Below the pieces are notes generated by a model, which saw nothing but the letters and a program-made list of their open reading frames with translations, searched no databases and was not told where the DNA came from. A DNA stretch of 64,000 nt from Octopus vulgaris. Lineage: Eukaryota. Location of the stretch: assembly GCA_951406725.2 (NCBI GenBank), contig OX597815.1, positions 84,382,001-84,446,000 on the forward strand, in the 5' to 3' direction. Made by a program: the position numbers and the translations under genes. This document shows, piece by piece, positions 26,151 through 38,690 of the stretch (its first letter is position 1; the number at the start of each line of letters is the position of its first letter).

Positions 26151-26271
26151 TGCATTATCTGTTATAGAATACAATATATATATATATATATATAAATCCA
26201 TGTAAAATGTAACCACATGTGAATCGTTGGCGATTTTCTTCCTCCGTTTCCTTTCTATCGGACTTTTCTCT

Positions 26272-26308
26272 GTTCCTGAAGAAGGGCGTGTTGCTCGAAA
26301 CGTTAAAT
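26272..26308 (+). ncRNA. Minimal hammerhead ribozyme in a pLTR-like fragment (about 26190-26413)
   Basis: gttc CTGAAGA a GGGC gtgtt GCTC GAAA CG TT aaat; palindromic ACGU; weak stem I. Confidence 0.65.
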
Positions 26309-26409
26309 CATCTTTCTTTTCTTCCCTGAGCGTGTGCTACTAATACTGTACAAGTACCACATCCTCGCGTTGTTGCTTTTTGTGTTTATTCATCATCCTT
26401 TTGGGGATT

Positions 26410-26511
<102 letters not shown>

Positions 26512-26767
26512 CAACAATATTAAGAAATGGCCCTGATAGGCCATTCGACTCACCAGAAAGAGCAGCCAAACTCAAACCGCTAAATAGTAGTAATTCAGAA
26601 ATCAAAGGAAAATTAAAAAACATTTACTCTAATCATCTTTGTCCAAAGGGCCATTCCTTAATATTGTTGAAATTATATATATATAGTCTGTGACTATTTT
26701 CTCTTTCTCACTAGACCGCTGGTGGCGAAAAAAAATTCTATTGAATCTTTTGCTACCCTTATATTGA

Positions 26768-26810
<43 letters not shown>

Positions 26811-26905
26811 GGAAGCTTTATGAAAATAGACAAAAGACGAAGGCAGGTGGAAAACAAACAAACAAATGTATTAGTATGGCGCTCAGGAAATATAAATAAA
26901 ACAAG

Positions 26906-26943
26906 TCTTTAACGTTTCGAGCCTACGCTCCTCAACAGAAAGA
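26906..26943 (-). ncRNA. Minimal hammerhead-like motif in a pLTR-like fragment (about 26808-27090)
   Basis: tcttt CTGTTGA g GAGC gtag GCTC GAAA CG TT aaaga; 5-bp stem I, 4-bp stem II, but U at conserved position A6. Confidence 0.6.
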
Positions 26944-27098
26944 TACACAGAGAGAAAAAAACACAGAAAGAAGGAGAGAAAAAAATGCGTGCAGTAACTA
27001 ACGAATCAACATGGCGATCTGATTTCGGCCAGAGGTCAAAGATCAAACATGAGACGCGAGAGCGAAATAAGGGGAGATAATAGGGTTGAATGACCAGC

Positions 27099-27450
27099 TA
27101 TTAGTGCGTAGGAGAGGTCTGGACGTGTGTATGTATATGGTTGGTGTATGTATTAGTATGTATTAGTATGTATAAGGGTGTGTGTGTGTGTGTGTGTGTA
27201 TGAGAGAGTATTAGTGCGTAGGATAGGTCTGGACGTGCGTATGTATGGGGTTGGTGTATGTATTAGTATGTATTAGTATGTATTAGTACGTATTAGTATG
27301 TATAAGTGTGTGTGTGTGTGTATGAGAGAGTATAAGTGCGTATGAGGGGTCTGGACGTGTGTATGTATAGGGTTGGTGTATGTATTAGTATGTATTAGTA
27401 TGTATTAGTACGTATTAGTATGTATTAGTTGGTGTAAGTATTAGTATGGC
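27099..27450. repeat. Minisatellite, about 110-120 bp x3, with nested (tattagtatg)n and (TG)n
   Basis: agtgcgta.gag.ggtctggacgtg.gtatgtat recurs at about 27103, 27213 and 27335. Confidence 0.92.
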
Positions 27451-27489
27451 ACATCATATATGATGTGATGTGTAAAGTCGTGTGGTGTA

Positions 27490-27765
27490 GTGAGGAGAAG
27501 AGGGGGAGGAGAGGGGGGAAGAAGGGGGAGGAGAGGGGGAGGGGAAGAAGGGGGGAGAGGGGGAAGAGGAGAGGAGGGGGAGATGATGGGGGAGGGAAGG
27601 GGAGGAGGAGGGGGAGGAAGGAGGAGAGGAAGGAGGAAGGAGGAGGGGGAAGGAGGAAAGAGGGAGAGGGAGAGAGAGAAGGGGAGTGAGGGAGCAGAGG
27701 GAAGGGGAAGAGGGAAGGAGGGAGGGAGAAAGAGGGAAGAAGGGAAGGGGAGTAGGGTGAAAGGA
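27490..27765 (+). repeat. G/A polypurine tract with many G-runs
   Basis: About 275 nt almost free of pyrimidines. Confidence 0.95.
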
Positions 27766-27800
<35 letters not shown>

Positions 27801-27802
27801 TA

Positions 27803-27884
<82 letters not shown>

Positions 27885-27885
<1 letters not shown>

Positions 27886-28383
27886 TTATTATATATATAA
27901 GTCCGAAATCACAGAATAGCAGTAGATCAGAGTAGGAGAAAGAGTAGTATAAGTAAGGTGAGAGGAGAAGAGAAGTAGTGAGAGTAATGGCCCTGACTGA
28001 GAGAGAGAGAGAGAAAGAACGTAATAGCAATGCAAGAAAGGAAGGGGTGATAGATGAATACCGAAGGAATGGGCGAAAATCACCATTTCAACTCTGTGTG
28101 AGTATATGTGTGTATGTAAAAGGGAAGTATGCGAATGTGTTTGTGTGTGTGTGCGTGCGCGCGCGCGTGTGTGTGTGTGTGTGTGTGTGCAATGGAAATG
28201 GGATGGTGAATGTTCAATGCTGAAAAATCAAACAGCATTTCAACTCTGAGTAAATGTGTCTGCATGTACAAGGGAAATGAGTGAATGTTTGTATCCGATT
28301 ATTATGTACCTTATTTTATACCTTATTTATATTTAAAAAATGCCAGAAATAGCCGTCATTTTTGACGGCACAGGGTCAGCTAG
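27885..28383 (+). mobile_element. Non-autonomous Helitron-like element
   Basis: Hairpin GCCGTCA-tttt-TGACGGC (28352-69), then CTAG|T at 28380-84; 5' boundary uncertain within (TA)n. Confidence 0.6.
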
Positions 28384-28593
28384 TTACGCTAGTGTTATGC
28401 AACAATATAAGCAACTGGTGATACGTGAGGTATCATAGACAGAAAATGCATGACAGATTCTTGGGAATCATGCATAAACGTTATTTCCTAATAACGTTCA
28501 GGAAACAATTGTAAATCAATGAATTAAATGGACTTGCTCACTCTCCTTGTTTTTGTATATATAAATACACACAATCGCGCGCACACGCACAAA

Positions 28594-28690
<97 letters not shown>

Positions 28691-30531
28691 GTATATATAT
28701 ATATTCATATTATACACATATATACATATATATATACTATATATATGAATACCCACAGTTATATATACGTAATATATAAATACATGTACACATACACGTG
28801 TTTATGTATATTCATAGAGTTTTCTCACAGAGTTACGCAAAGAGCCACACGTTTAATGAGGAATTTATGCAATTTAGTAGCCGCCATACTTTTCCGAAAT
28901 GCATTTATCATATAAATGAACTGATAGAGCTTACTATATGGCCTTCACCACGGAATATTTGAAAATATATTGAATCCAACCAGAAAACCACAACCTTCAA
29001 ATACTATTAACCTGTTCTCCATCCGTCTTTTTACAGAAGTGTACTCACTTCAAGTACATGAAATTAATCATGGTGCCGTGGCTTTACTTAATAATCTCGA
29101 CAGCGCGTAAGATATTAATGTTATTTTCATGTGCAATCGACGTGGGTTAGATAAAATGGCTGAATAGAAAGCTACAGAATAAATAGTTGATTAGATTTCA
29201 GGCCAGCACAAAAGTACATGCTTTCAAGTTTACATTAACAACATGGCTTCGTGAATTAATTTTATAGCCTTCTAATGTTGTAACACGGCTACATTACATT
29301 GAAATCAGAGCTTCACCTGTTGTGACTGAAGTCATAAATCTCTGGGAGTCAGTACCTTACTAGAATAGTTAATGTTACGACAAAAATAAATGAAAAGAAA
29401 AAAAGAAAGGAATCGGTTTGACGTCAGGTAGGTGACGGTACAAGTACGAAGACTTAATAAATATATTTACCGTGCACTGAATTGGAGCGATCCAGCAGCA
29501 GCATGATAACCGGCTAGAGGTTGTTGCTTTTATTGTTCAGTGCTGAGCAACAAGACCTATGATCAAAGATGTTCCAGCTGTGACCATCCCGTTTTTTTCA
29601 ATATCTAAAATGGGCTTCTTTGTTTAAGAAGGTGGTTTTCAGTGAAATAACGTAGTCGTTATTCGTAGTAGCTTGAATCACGTACACGCTGAAAGAACGT
29701 AAAACCTGTCTCAAAGTCGCAGTGTTGTTTGATGTGAGACAAACTATTGGAATTATGTTATAAAGCAGACTAATTGGACATCTGAGTTGTGCGATGACCG
29801 GAACCAGTAGAAGTTGACTTGTTCTACCCGCGCAGGCATTACCGCATGACGTTTTTTAAAACGCCCATTTTACATATACTGACCACATTCCTTACTTCTC
29901 TTCTCTACGACGTTAATATGATAAGATGTGACTAATATTTATATAAGTCATGCACCAGTATAATAAAGAGATCTAATTGATTAATATTTTGTCGCGCAAT
30001 TTATTAACAAGTAATGAGCTCCATTCATTTCATCAGGTGTAAGCTAGTGAGAATTGCATCTTTCATATTTTTTTAACGTCGTTGGAGGATTAACAGAAAT
30101 GGCATAAAGGGTAATGGAAACTGAACTACAATGAAAAGTATTCACCGGGAAATTACTCCCTTAATCAGATGCATATTCCTATGAAAACGTATCATGACTG
30201 TACGTGTACGGGGTGTTTACAACCAGTCAGCGCTCCTTGAGTCAAACGGGCCAATGAGCAGCATCCATGACATCTCCCGACCTACTAACAAGAGTCTTCC
30301 GATTTCCGTTCACAATCCAAAAGTCAAACTGAGATCACAACGAAACACATCAGGCCAAGGTATCACACATCGGCTGGGAAACTTCTATTCGATGTTTAAC
30401 AAGTGAACATCTCGACTAGACGGCATATATGTCCCACCACCTCTCTCTTTCTTTCTCTCACACACGCACAGCCACTCGTCCTCTCTGTCACGTTTTCTCC
30501 CCTACTTTCTGTCATTGTACACACACACACG

Positions 30532-30572
<41 letters not shown>

Positions 30573-31176
30573 GTAAGTATGTATATATACACATACATAT
30601 GCATTCACATGAAGATATATATAAGTGTGTGTGTGAATGTGTGTGTGAGTGACAATGTGTATGTCTGTTTGTCTGTCTGTCTATTTGTCTGTGTGCAAAA
30701 TAAAACAGAAAAATAACACAGCGTGACCAATACCATATATTCGGACAACAAAGAGTAAATGCCATACAAGTCACTAATAGCAGTTTAGATGAATTTTACC
30801 TTACGTTATCATTACCTATACACTACTAATTTTTCGATGGACATAAGATGGATATTATTTCTCTGATGAAGATTCAATAAGACTAGAAACTATTACAGTA
30901 AATACCAATTTTCGGTTCATTAAGACATAACGTTCGTTGTATAATCAGTTTGCTTCTTCTCCAGAGGGAGGTTGAAACAGTAGATTTCAAAGTTATATCT
31001 ATATCTATGAGCGATTTAATATGTGTATGTATAAATGTATATCCGTTGCTTGCATGTATGTACTCGTGAGCATAAGCATACATTTGTGCGTATGCGTAGC
31101 TACATATGTAAGTATATATAATGCAGACACATATACTCATATACATCACGTCACACACACACGCACACACACACAC

Positions 31177-31213
<37 letters not shown>

Positions 31214-32315
31214 AATATATCATTATTTGGACTTTGGTGAAGATTTTCACTGTTTAGGCTTGCTGATGTCATCCACAGTTACTATATAATTGCCTCTGGA
31301 TATACGTCAGGAATTCCGCAGCGTTCATTGAGTTTGGATGCAACACAACTGGGTGTACTATATCCCACGCGTAAGGGATAGATGCAGGATGGGTCGAAAC
31401 GATCATTATGTTGCATAAATATTTTCGCTAAATTCATTTTCCGTTTCCTTCATTCATTATGTGTGTGTGTGCGTGTGTCTGTGAAAGGGTTGAATTCGAT
31501 TTCCTCCTTCACTTTCTAACACAGATTCTTCATATTTCATTGGTAGCTTACTGGCGAAAGATCTTAGTGAATATGAAATCATTACGTGTATATGGTGTGT
31601 GATGAGAATTTATTGAAAGGTTTCCCATAGAAATTCAACAAACTGTTAAAGATGGAAAAGAGAAGATGTTATAATTTTAAAATGTTAATACATGCATTCG
31701 ATCGTTTCGAACAGCAGTATTAACATGGAAATGAATTAAATTAAATTAAATTTAATTAATTACATATCACTGTTCTCCTCAATGCAAAAAAGAATATATC
31801 AAAAAATTATTATTATTGTTACAGAAGACTTGATGTGGGAAATAGCAAATAACATATTCGGATATACATATTTAATCCTTATGAAAGATTAAGAGCATAC
31901 TTAAAAATGCGTTGTTGAGTCTAGTTGTGAAAAAACTAAAACTGATGTGGCTAACGGTTATTTGAAAATATAAGTGAAACATGTTTAAGAAACATTCCAA
32001 CTATATAAAAATAAGTAGTTAAGTAATATACACTCCAAATAGAGAATACTTATACCGGTGTAAAGATAGGGCCAAAAAACGAATATATGAATAATATCAA
32101 TTAGATGTACATCACAAACAGATAAATAAAAACGATATCTGTAAGTGCATACATTGTGTAGAAGAGTAGGGCACCAAGAATTATTATATATGTGTAAACA
32201 CATATCAGCTGTAAGACGTAATTAAATATCAGATAGGTTGGCAAGCAACTTTAGACAATAATAAAATTGGAATAGTTGAGAGAGGTATGTTTTAAAGTAC
32301 ATATTATACAAATAG

Positions 32316-32703
32316 TGGAGGCGCAATGGCCCAGTGGTTAGGGCAGCGGACTCGCGGTCATAGGATCGCGGTTTCGTTTCCCAGACCGGGCGTTGTGAGT
32401 GTTTATTGAGCGAAAACACCTAAAGCTCCACGAGGCTCCGGCAGGGGATGGTGGTGATCCCTGCTGTACTCTTTCACCACAACTTTCTCTCACTCTTACT
32501 TCCTGTTTCTGTTGTATCTGTATTTCAAAGGGCCGGCCTTGTCACTCTCTGTGTCACGCTGAATATCCCCGAGAACTACGTTAAGGGTACACGTGTCTGT
32601 GGAGTGCTCAGCCACTTACACGTTAATTTCACGAGCAGGCTGTTCCGTTGATTTGGATCAACCGGAACACCCGTCGTCGTAACCGACGGAGTGCCTCCAC
32701 CAC
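32316..32703 (+). mobile_element. tRNA-headed SINE with target-site duplication
   Basis: tggcccagtggtt (A box), ggtttcgtttccc (B-box-like); tatacaaat at 32305-13 and 32704-12; paralogue at 59569-59915. Confidence 0.9.
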
Positions 32704-33248
32704 TATACAAATGGAATAGATTACCAAGAAGAAAGAAAAAAAAGAAAAGAAAAATTATATATGGGCAAATTGGACACCAAGAAGTATTATAAGTGTTTAC
32801 ATATATCAGTTGTAAGACGTAATTAAGTATCAAGCAGATTGTCAATTAGCAATTAAGATTAATTAATAATAATTAGAATAGGTAAGAGATGGGTGTGTCT
32901 AAGCAACATTATGCAAAAGAAAAAATATATAAAAAGAAGGTATATATATTAAGGAAAGATCTACAAATATATTGAGAGAAAGGGAGGTTTATGGAGATTT
33001 GGAAGAGATGTTAGATCAATATGAGGTGGGTCATGTAGTTACAAGAGGGGGTGGATAAGTAATAAGTATATATCCATATAGTATAAGATGAATTGAAGTG
33101 CCGAGTATTATAAGAATAATAATTTGATAGAATAGAGAAGGTTAGTATATAGAGAGAGGTATTTTAACAGAAATAATTATCAGAAAGAGAAGGAAAATGA
33201 TAATAAGGATTAAGGTAGGGTGTGGGGAAATATTATTTAAGATTTATT

Positions 33249-33715
33249 TAAAATTTATTCAACCCGTCACATTGAAGTCTGCTAGCGTTCTGAATTGTTT
33301 TGCGCCAAAATAAGAACAGCTTCAGCGTAAAAATACCAATAAGGAGCAAATATTCAGGAGTGAATATTTATATGGATATTATTATTACTATTATCCAGGC
33401 CAATAATAACAACAATAAGTTGTTGCAGGTCTAAAATAGCATTATTTAGCAGCAGAATTAAAATTTATATCAATCATAAGGGCACATAACTGTGCCTGCC
33501 TGCTAGCAATAAGAGTTAAAACCCTATATTATTGTTGCTATTATCAACTATTTATATTACTTTGGATAATAATAACAATAACAATTTCTCTATAAATATT
33601 TACTCTTGAATATTTGCTCTATTTTTTGGTATTTTTACACTGTGGCTGTTCGAATTTTGATGCAAAATAATTCTGAGCGACAGCAGATTTCAACGGGATG
33701 GATTGAATAAATTTT
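33249..33715. mobile_element. Diverged foldback/MITE-like inverted repeat (about 150 bp arms)
   Basis: 33249-33397 vs 33563-33715 (aaatttattcaa...gtaaaaatacca...gagcaaatattca.gagt..aatatttata...tattatcca). Confidence 0.75.
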
Positions 33716-33727
33716 TCAACCGGTAAT

Positions 33728-33777
33728 ACGTGCTGAGGAAGGTGAGACTCTACGTCAAACCAGAAACCGGTTCACGT
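33728..33777 (+). ncRNA. Minimal type I hammerhead ribozyme, intact core
   Basis: acgtg CTGAGGA a GGT ga GAC tctac GTC aa ACC a GAAA CCGG TT cacgt; 5-bp stem I, palindromic ACCGGU, GUU site. Confidence 0.85.
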
Positions 33778-33973
33778 GTATCCAAATACTAAGAAATATA
33801 TGACATTGGGCTATATAGGTATGTGAAATATTTTTTTGCTTTTTTTGGGCCCGTTCGCTCGACTACTGCCGATTTTCTGTCATAATTTTCAGTGTTATTA
33901 TTGGTGGCTTAAAAGAGGGTTTTACCCCTTATTTCTAGCAGGTAGGTGCATTTGTGTGTCCTTGATATATGAT

Positions 33974-34005
<32 letters not shown>

Positions 34006-34320
34006 CATATACATACATACATACATACATACATACATACATACATACATACATACATACATACATACATACATACATTGTCAAGTCGCTTAATGTGAGA
34101 TCTTCTGTTGAAACTGAAACCATTATATCGTGCAACCACCGAAAAGCAATTAAAAAGAGTTATATACACATTGTTTTATTTCTTGATAGCGTGATGTAGT
34201 ATTTAACACTTTCTAATTTACAATATTATGAAGAAATAAACAAGTGTGTATATGTCAATATGTGTGTCTGTTAAATAGCTATCACAATTCCTCAACAATG
34301 TAGTTTAAGGTGGTTGGCTG

Positions 34321-34371
<51 letters not shown>

Positions 34372-34409
34372 ATGCATATGTGTCCGTGTGTGTGTGTAAC
34401 GATGACGTT

Positions 34410-34662
34410 GATAATTATATTAATATCAATCAAGATTTCCTGCAATCCCATATGACATAGATTTCTTATCAAAATGTCAGTTTTCCAATATTCACTGGTG
34501 AAATGTTATGTATAGGTTAGAGTATGTGACTACGTGAGTGTGCGAGTGTGCATATTGATATTGAATAATTATATCGATATCAATCGAGTTCTTCAATCCC
34601 ATATGACATACAACTCTATTTAGATGTGTCAGTACTTTGATATTCATAGTTAAGATGATGTG
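34410..34662. repeat. Diverged direct repeat, about 153 bp period
   Basis: ataattatat..atatcaatc.ag...caatcccatatgacata at 34411 and 34565. Confidence 0.8.
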
Positions 34663-35139
34663 TGGCCATGAGTGTGTTTGTGTATGTGTGTTAGTGTAGT
34701 TATTGTGTGTGCGCGTGTATGCGTGTGTGTGTGTGTGAGTGTGTGTGTGCGTGAGTGCACGCTCACGCGCATGTGAAGAAGATGTAAGATGTCATCTTTA
34801 ACTGAGTTTTCTTAAACATTTCCGAAAGCTAAAGGGACCATTTTTTTAGTTCTTGTATATTTGCCAATGAGAACAGTAATGATGTTTACGAGACCAGCAC
34901 TTAGATAGCGAAGGCAGTACAATCCCTCTCCACATTATGTGCACATTTCTAGCATCGTATTCCAAAACTTAAATATTTTCAGCTATTATTTATATACTTT
35001 CATGTATATAACTTTTTGACAATCAATTCTGTTGATCTCGGGCTGCAAGCTGTTCTCTCTGGACTCCTGTAACTGGTCTCTTATGTCCAAGGTGAGATGA
35101 TCCCACATAACAGTGCTAACATTTAGTAACTTAAGAGGA

Positions 35140-35330
35140 CTGGGCCGTTAACACGCCAGGCAAAATGCTTGGCGGCATTTCGTCCGTCCTTCTGTTATGT
35201 GTCCAATTTCCGCCGATCGACGTTGCCTTTCGATGTCGATAAAATAAATACATGTTAAAAACTGAGGTCGATGCAATCGACTTGCCACTCCCTCAAAATT
35301 GCTGGCCTTGAGCTAAAATGCGAAACCAAT
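35140..35330 (+). mobile_element. Nin-domain-like SINE, degraded
   Basis: cgttaacacgccaggcaaaatgcttggcggcatttcgtcc...ggtcgatgcaatcgact...ggccttg. Confidence 0.75.
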
Positions 35331-36595
35331 ATTTAATAACTTAAAATTGTCTTTGAGAAGGGAAATCAATTTTTAATTTATATTGGCGACGTTTACCCAG
35401 AACGCTTTCAAAATGAAAATTGGATTCTGAAGTCACGAAGACTGATGACATAATCTACCTCTCAATAAGGTGAGGTTGTACTGAGAGAGTCTGCTCTTTG
35501 TCGGATAAAAAACATTTCCAACGTATTTATAATATATGCTTTAAAAGCATCTAGAGATATCGATATGGCATCCATATTTCAGAAATTATAGCAAGGAAGT
35601 GACCGTACAAGCGTCATAGAATGAAAGCTTGAGAAATGTTTTAAGTCCCTGTTCTCCCAAATACGTTCAGCAAATTTGACTTCAGCTTTCTCAAACCTTA
35701 AGTCTATCTCAGAATATTATGCTTTAACTCTGCAGTCAGAGCTACTGAGGCAAATAAAACAACCTTCTACATCGAGTCTCGTCTATTCAACATGTATATA
35801 TGTCTTAAAGTACGGCTCAGCTGCAGCAGGTATAAATATCACTCTAACTTACTTCAATCTAAAAGCAATACAGACAATGGAGAAGTGATTGATTACTTTC
35901 TGAATAACTTCCTCAAAATGAACCAGAAGATCACAATCTGTTGGAAACAAAAAAAAAACATTGAAAAGTAAACATATAAAGATCTTCCTTCAATTTAGCT
36001 TCAAAGCAATTCACATTAAACAGTTTAACTGTTGTGCGATAGCGGACAAAGAAACCAAGATCACAATCCTGAAACGATAGATCAGAATTCTGAACGAAAC
36101 TACTACTACTACTACTACTTAGCTGCAGCAGCAGCAGCAGCAGCAAAGTTGGCATATTTCAATTTACCTTTTCCTGTGCAAACTCTTTAACTACGTCTTA
36201 TATATTCACCAGACGCTTGAATTCTAAAGTATAAACTAGAACAAGCATAAAAAGAAGACACAATTGATATTAAACTCCTTAACTCCTTATTCATAAACAG
36301 TTACAAAAATATCCTTACTTTAAATTATATTGCATGGGTTTGTTGTTTGCTGCTGTTTGCTGTTGTTTGCCGTTCTTGTTTTAATTTATCTTCTTACTGC
36401 TTGAGTGTTTTATTTTTTAGATCTTCATGCTTAAAGTTATTGCTGTTTTTTTCATTCGCTTTCTGTTTATTCTTTCAACGATATATTCTGCTATGTTTAT
36501 TTCCTATCTTTATTTCTCACTTTATTATATTGTTTTCCTCCATTTCTAATATATATATGTGTGTGCGTATGTATGCATGCATGTATGTATGTATG

Positions 36596-36651
<56 letters not shown>

Positions 36652-36868
36652 ACTATTTTTCTATGTGATTTGGTATATATTTAATTTTTTTTTATTTGTT
36701 TTCATTTATTTTCACTTCAGTTTTTATCGTCGTTTCTCTTCTCACGCCTAATCTTCTCAGCAAACATAACTGACTCTCTTAAGCAGACGACATAAGATGA
36801 CTTTTTCTCTGTTTCGCTCTCACTCTGTCTTTCTCTCGCTTTACATATGTGTGTGCGCGTATACCTGT

Positions 36869-36914
<46 letters not shown>

Positions 36915-37056
36915 TAAATTCCATTGTCTCGACCACGGTCGAACAATGATGATGATGAAATATATATATAAATAATATATATATATATATTTATATATAC
37001 ATGTATGTATGTGTGTATATATATATATATACAACAATACATACATACATATATAT

Positions 37057-37127
<71 letters not shown>

Positions 37128-38145
37128 CTAAAATTGCTCACCGTCTTTCCCCGTATTTGTATTTTCTAGTTGATTTTTGTTTCATTTGTTCTATTTTTAT
37201 ACTTCCAGTTCTTTGTTATTCGTTAATTTACTTTCTTCCTTTTTATTTTTATTTTTAACTGGACTAAAATTGCGACATAGTTTTATAAGGTAACTGCCAG
37301 TCACTGATGCGTTATAAGTCCAAAGCTGAAATAGAAAATAAAATGCGTAAAAAGAACAGAACATTTCTGAATCTAAATTAAAAAAGAAAACAACATATAA
37401 ATTAAAAGTATCAAAAGTCGCACAAAACGAATATAAACAAAATTTCCATCCAAATAATAATAATCATTATTATTGTTGTTGCTATAGCTGCTGTTGTTGT
37501 TGTTGTTGTTGTTATTGTTGTTATTCTATGACAGAAACTGGGAGAAAAAAAAATAAAGAGACGAGGCAAGTTAAAGAAGTATAAAGGAAAATAAAATAGT
37601 TGAGAAAAAGATTTAAATTAAAGCATATTTACAAAAGACAGTCAAAATGCAGAAAAATCTATTGAAATGAAAGGAAAGCGGAAAGGCGAGAAGGAAGAAA
37701 GGAATGTAAAAAGTACAATTACGAAAGAAGGAAAATTAAAACAAAGGAAGCAGGAATTAGAGCAAGATGAGAAATATAAGAAGGATGAAAGAAGAGCAAA
37801 AATCTAGCAAAGAAAACTGCAAAGTGTAAAGATAAGAATACTAATATCAATTGTGAAAGGAAGAACGAATGAGTGAAGGAATGAACGATTGCGTGAATGA
37901 ATATAGGAAAACAAGTAAAGAAAAATAACTCGTGCAAAGGTGGAATAAAGACTAGAGAGAATAAATATTAACTGAAGTAGAAAATAAAGGACAAAATTAA
38001 AGGGTCGACACAACAACAATGTTGGAAATAGTAAATAAATGAATGAATTGTTAGGTGAATGAAAGCAAGCGAGAACAGTTTAAGGGAGGAAAAAAGTGGT
38101 ATATAAATACATATATAGATATATACATACATATATATATATGTA

Positions 38146-38188
<43 letters not shown>

Positions 38189-38228
38189 ACATAAAAACAT
38201 ACATACAATTATATATATATATACATAC

Positions 38229-38290
<62 letters not shown>

Positions 38291-38509
38291 ATGAGATGAC
38301 AAAAGAATAAACGATTATCTTATGAGTTTCATAAGCTTACAGTTGTTTCTGTTATAATATACTGTAGACTTATATATTCCTTCGTCGTCCAATTTTCTTA
38401 TATTACCGCTCTTTACTCGATGCAGTGTTACTTCGTTCTGAAGCTTATGTATATCGAGTTCTACAGCAGATTATTAGTTTCGCAATGCCTAAGCGATATA
38501 TACATACGT

Positions 38510-38690
38510 GTGTGTGTGTGTGTGTTTTTATGTTCCTGTAACTTAGCGATTCGGCAATAGCGACCGATAGAATAAGTACTAGGCTTACAAATAATAAGTC
38601 CTGGGGTCGATTTGTTCAGCTAAAGGCAGTGCTCCAGCATGGCCGCAGTCAAATGACTGAAACAAGTAAAAGAATATAAGAATCAAAGAA
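38510..38690 (+). mobile_element. 3' half of the CORE-like SINE
   Basis: gtaacttagcg.ttcggcaa...aataagtcctggggtcgatttg...gtgctccagcatggccgcagtcaaatgactgaaacaagtaaaagaa. Confidence 0.85.

Noticed and set aside
27099-27450. Regularly spaced repeats as a CRISPR-like array
   Set aside because: The spacers are themselves repetitive, the context is eukaryotic and there are no cas genes
30194-30430. Complex unique sequence with a 70-aa ORF and a CCAAT box, possible promoter or exon
   Set aside because: No recognisable homology or splice structure; cannot be supported from sequence alone
31955-31990. TTGAAAA tataagt GAAACATGTT hammerhead-like string
   Set aside because: Stem II does not pair and stem I is out of register; may be decayed but is unsupported
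32316-32390. tRNA gene (also 59569 and 46644)
   Set aside because: A and B boxes are present, but there is no complete cloverleaf or T-run terminator and the sequence continues into SINE body
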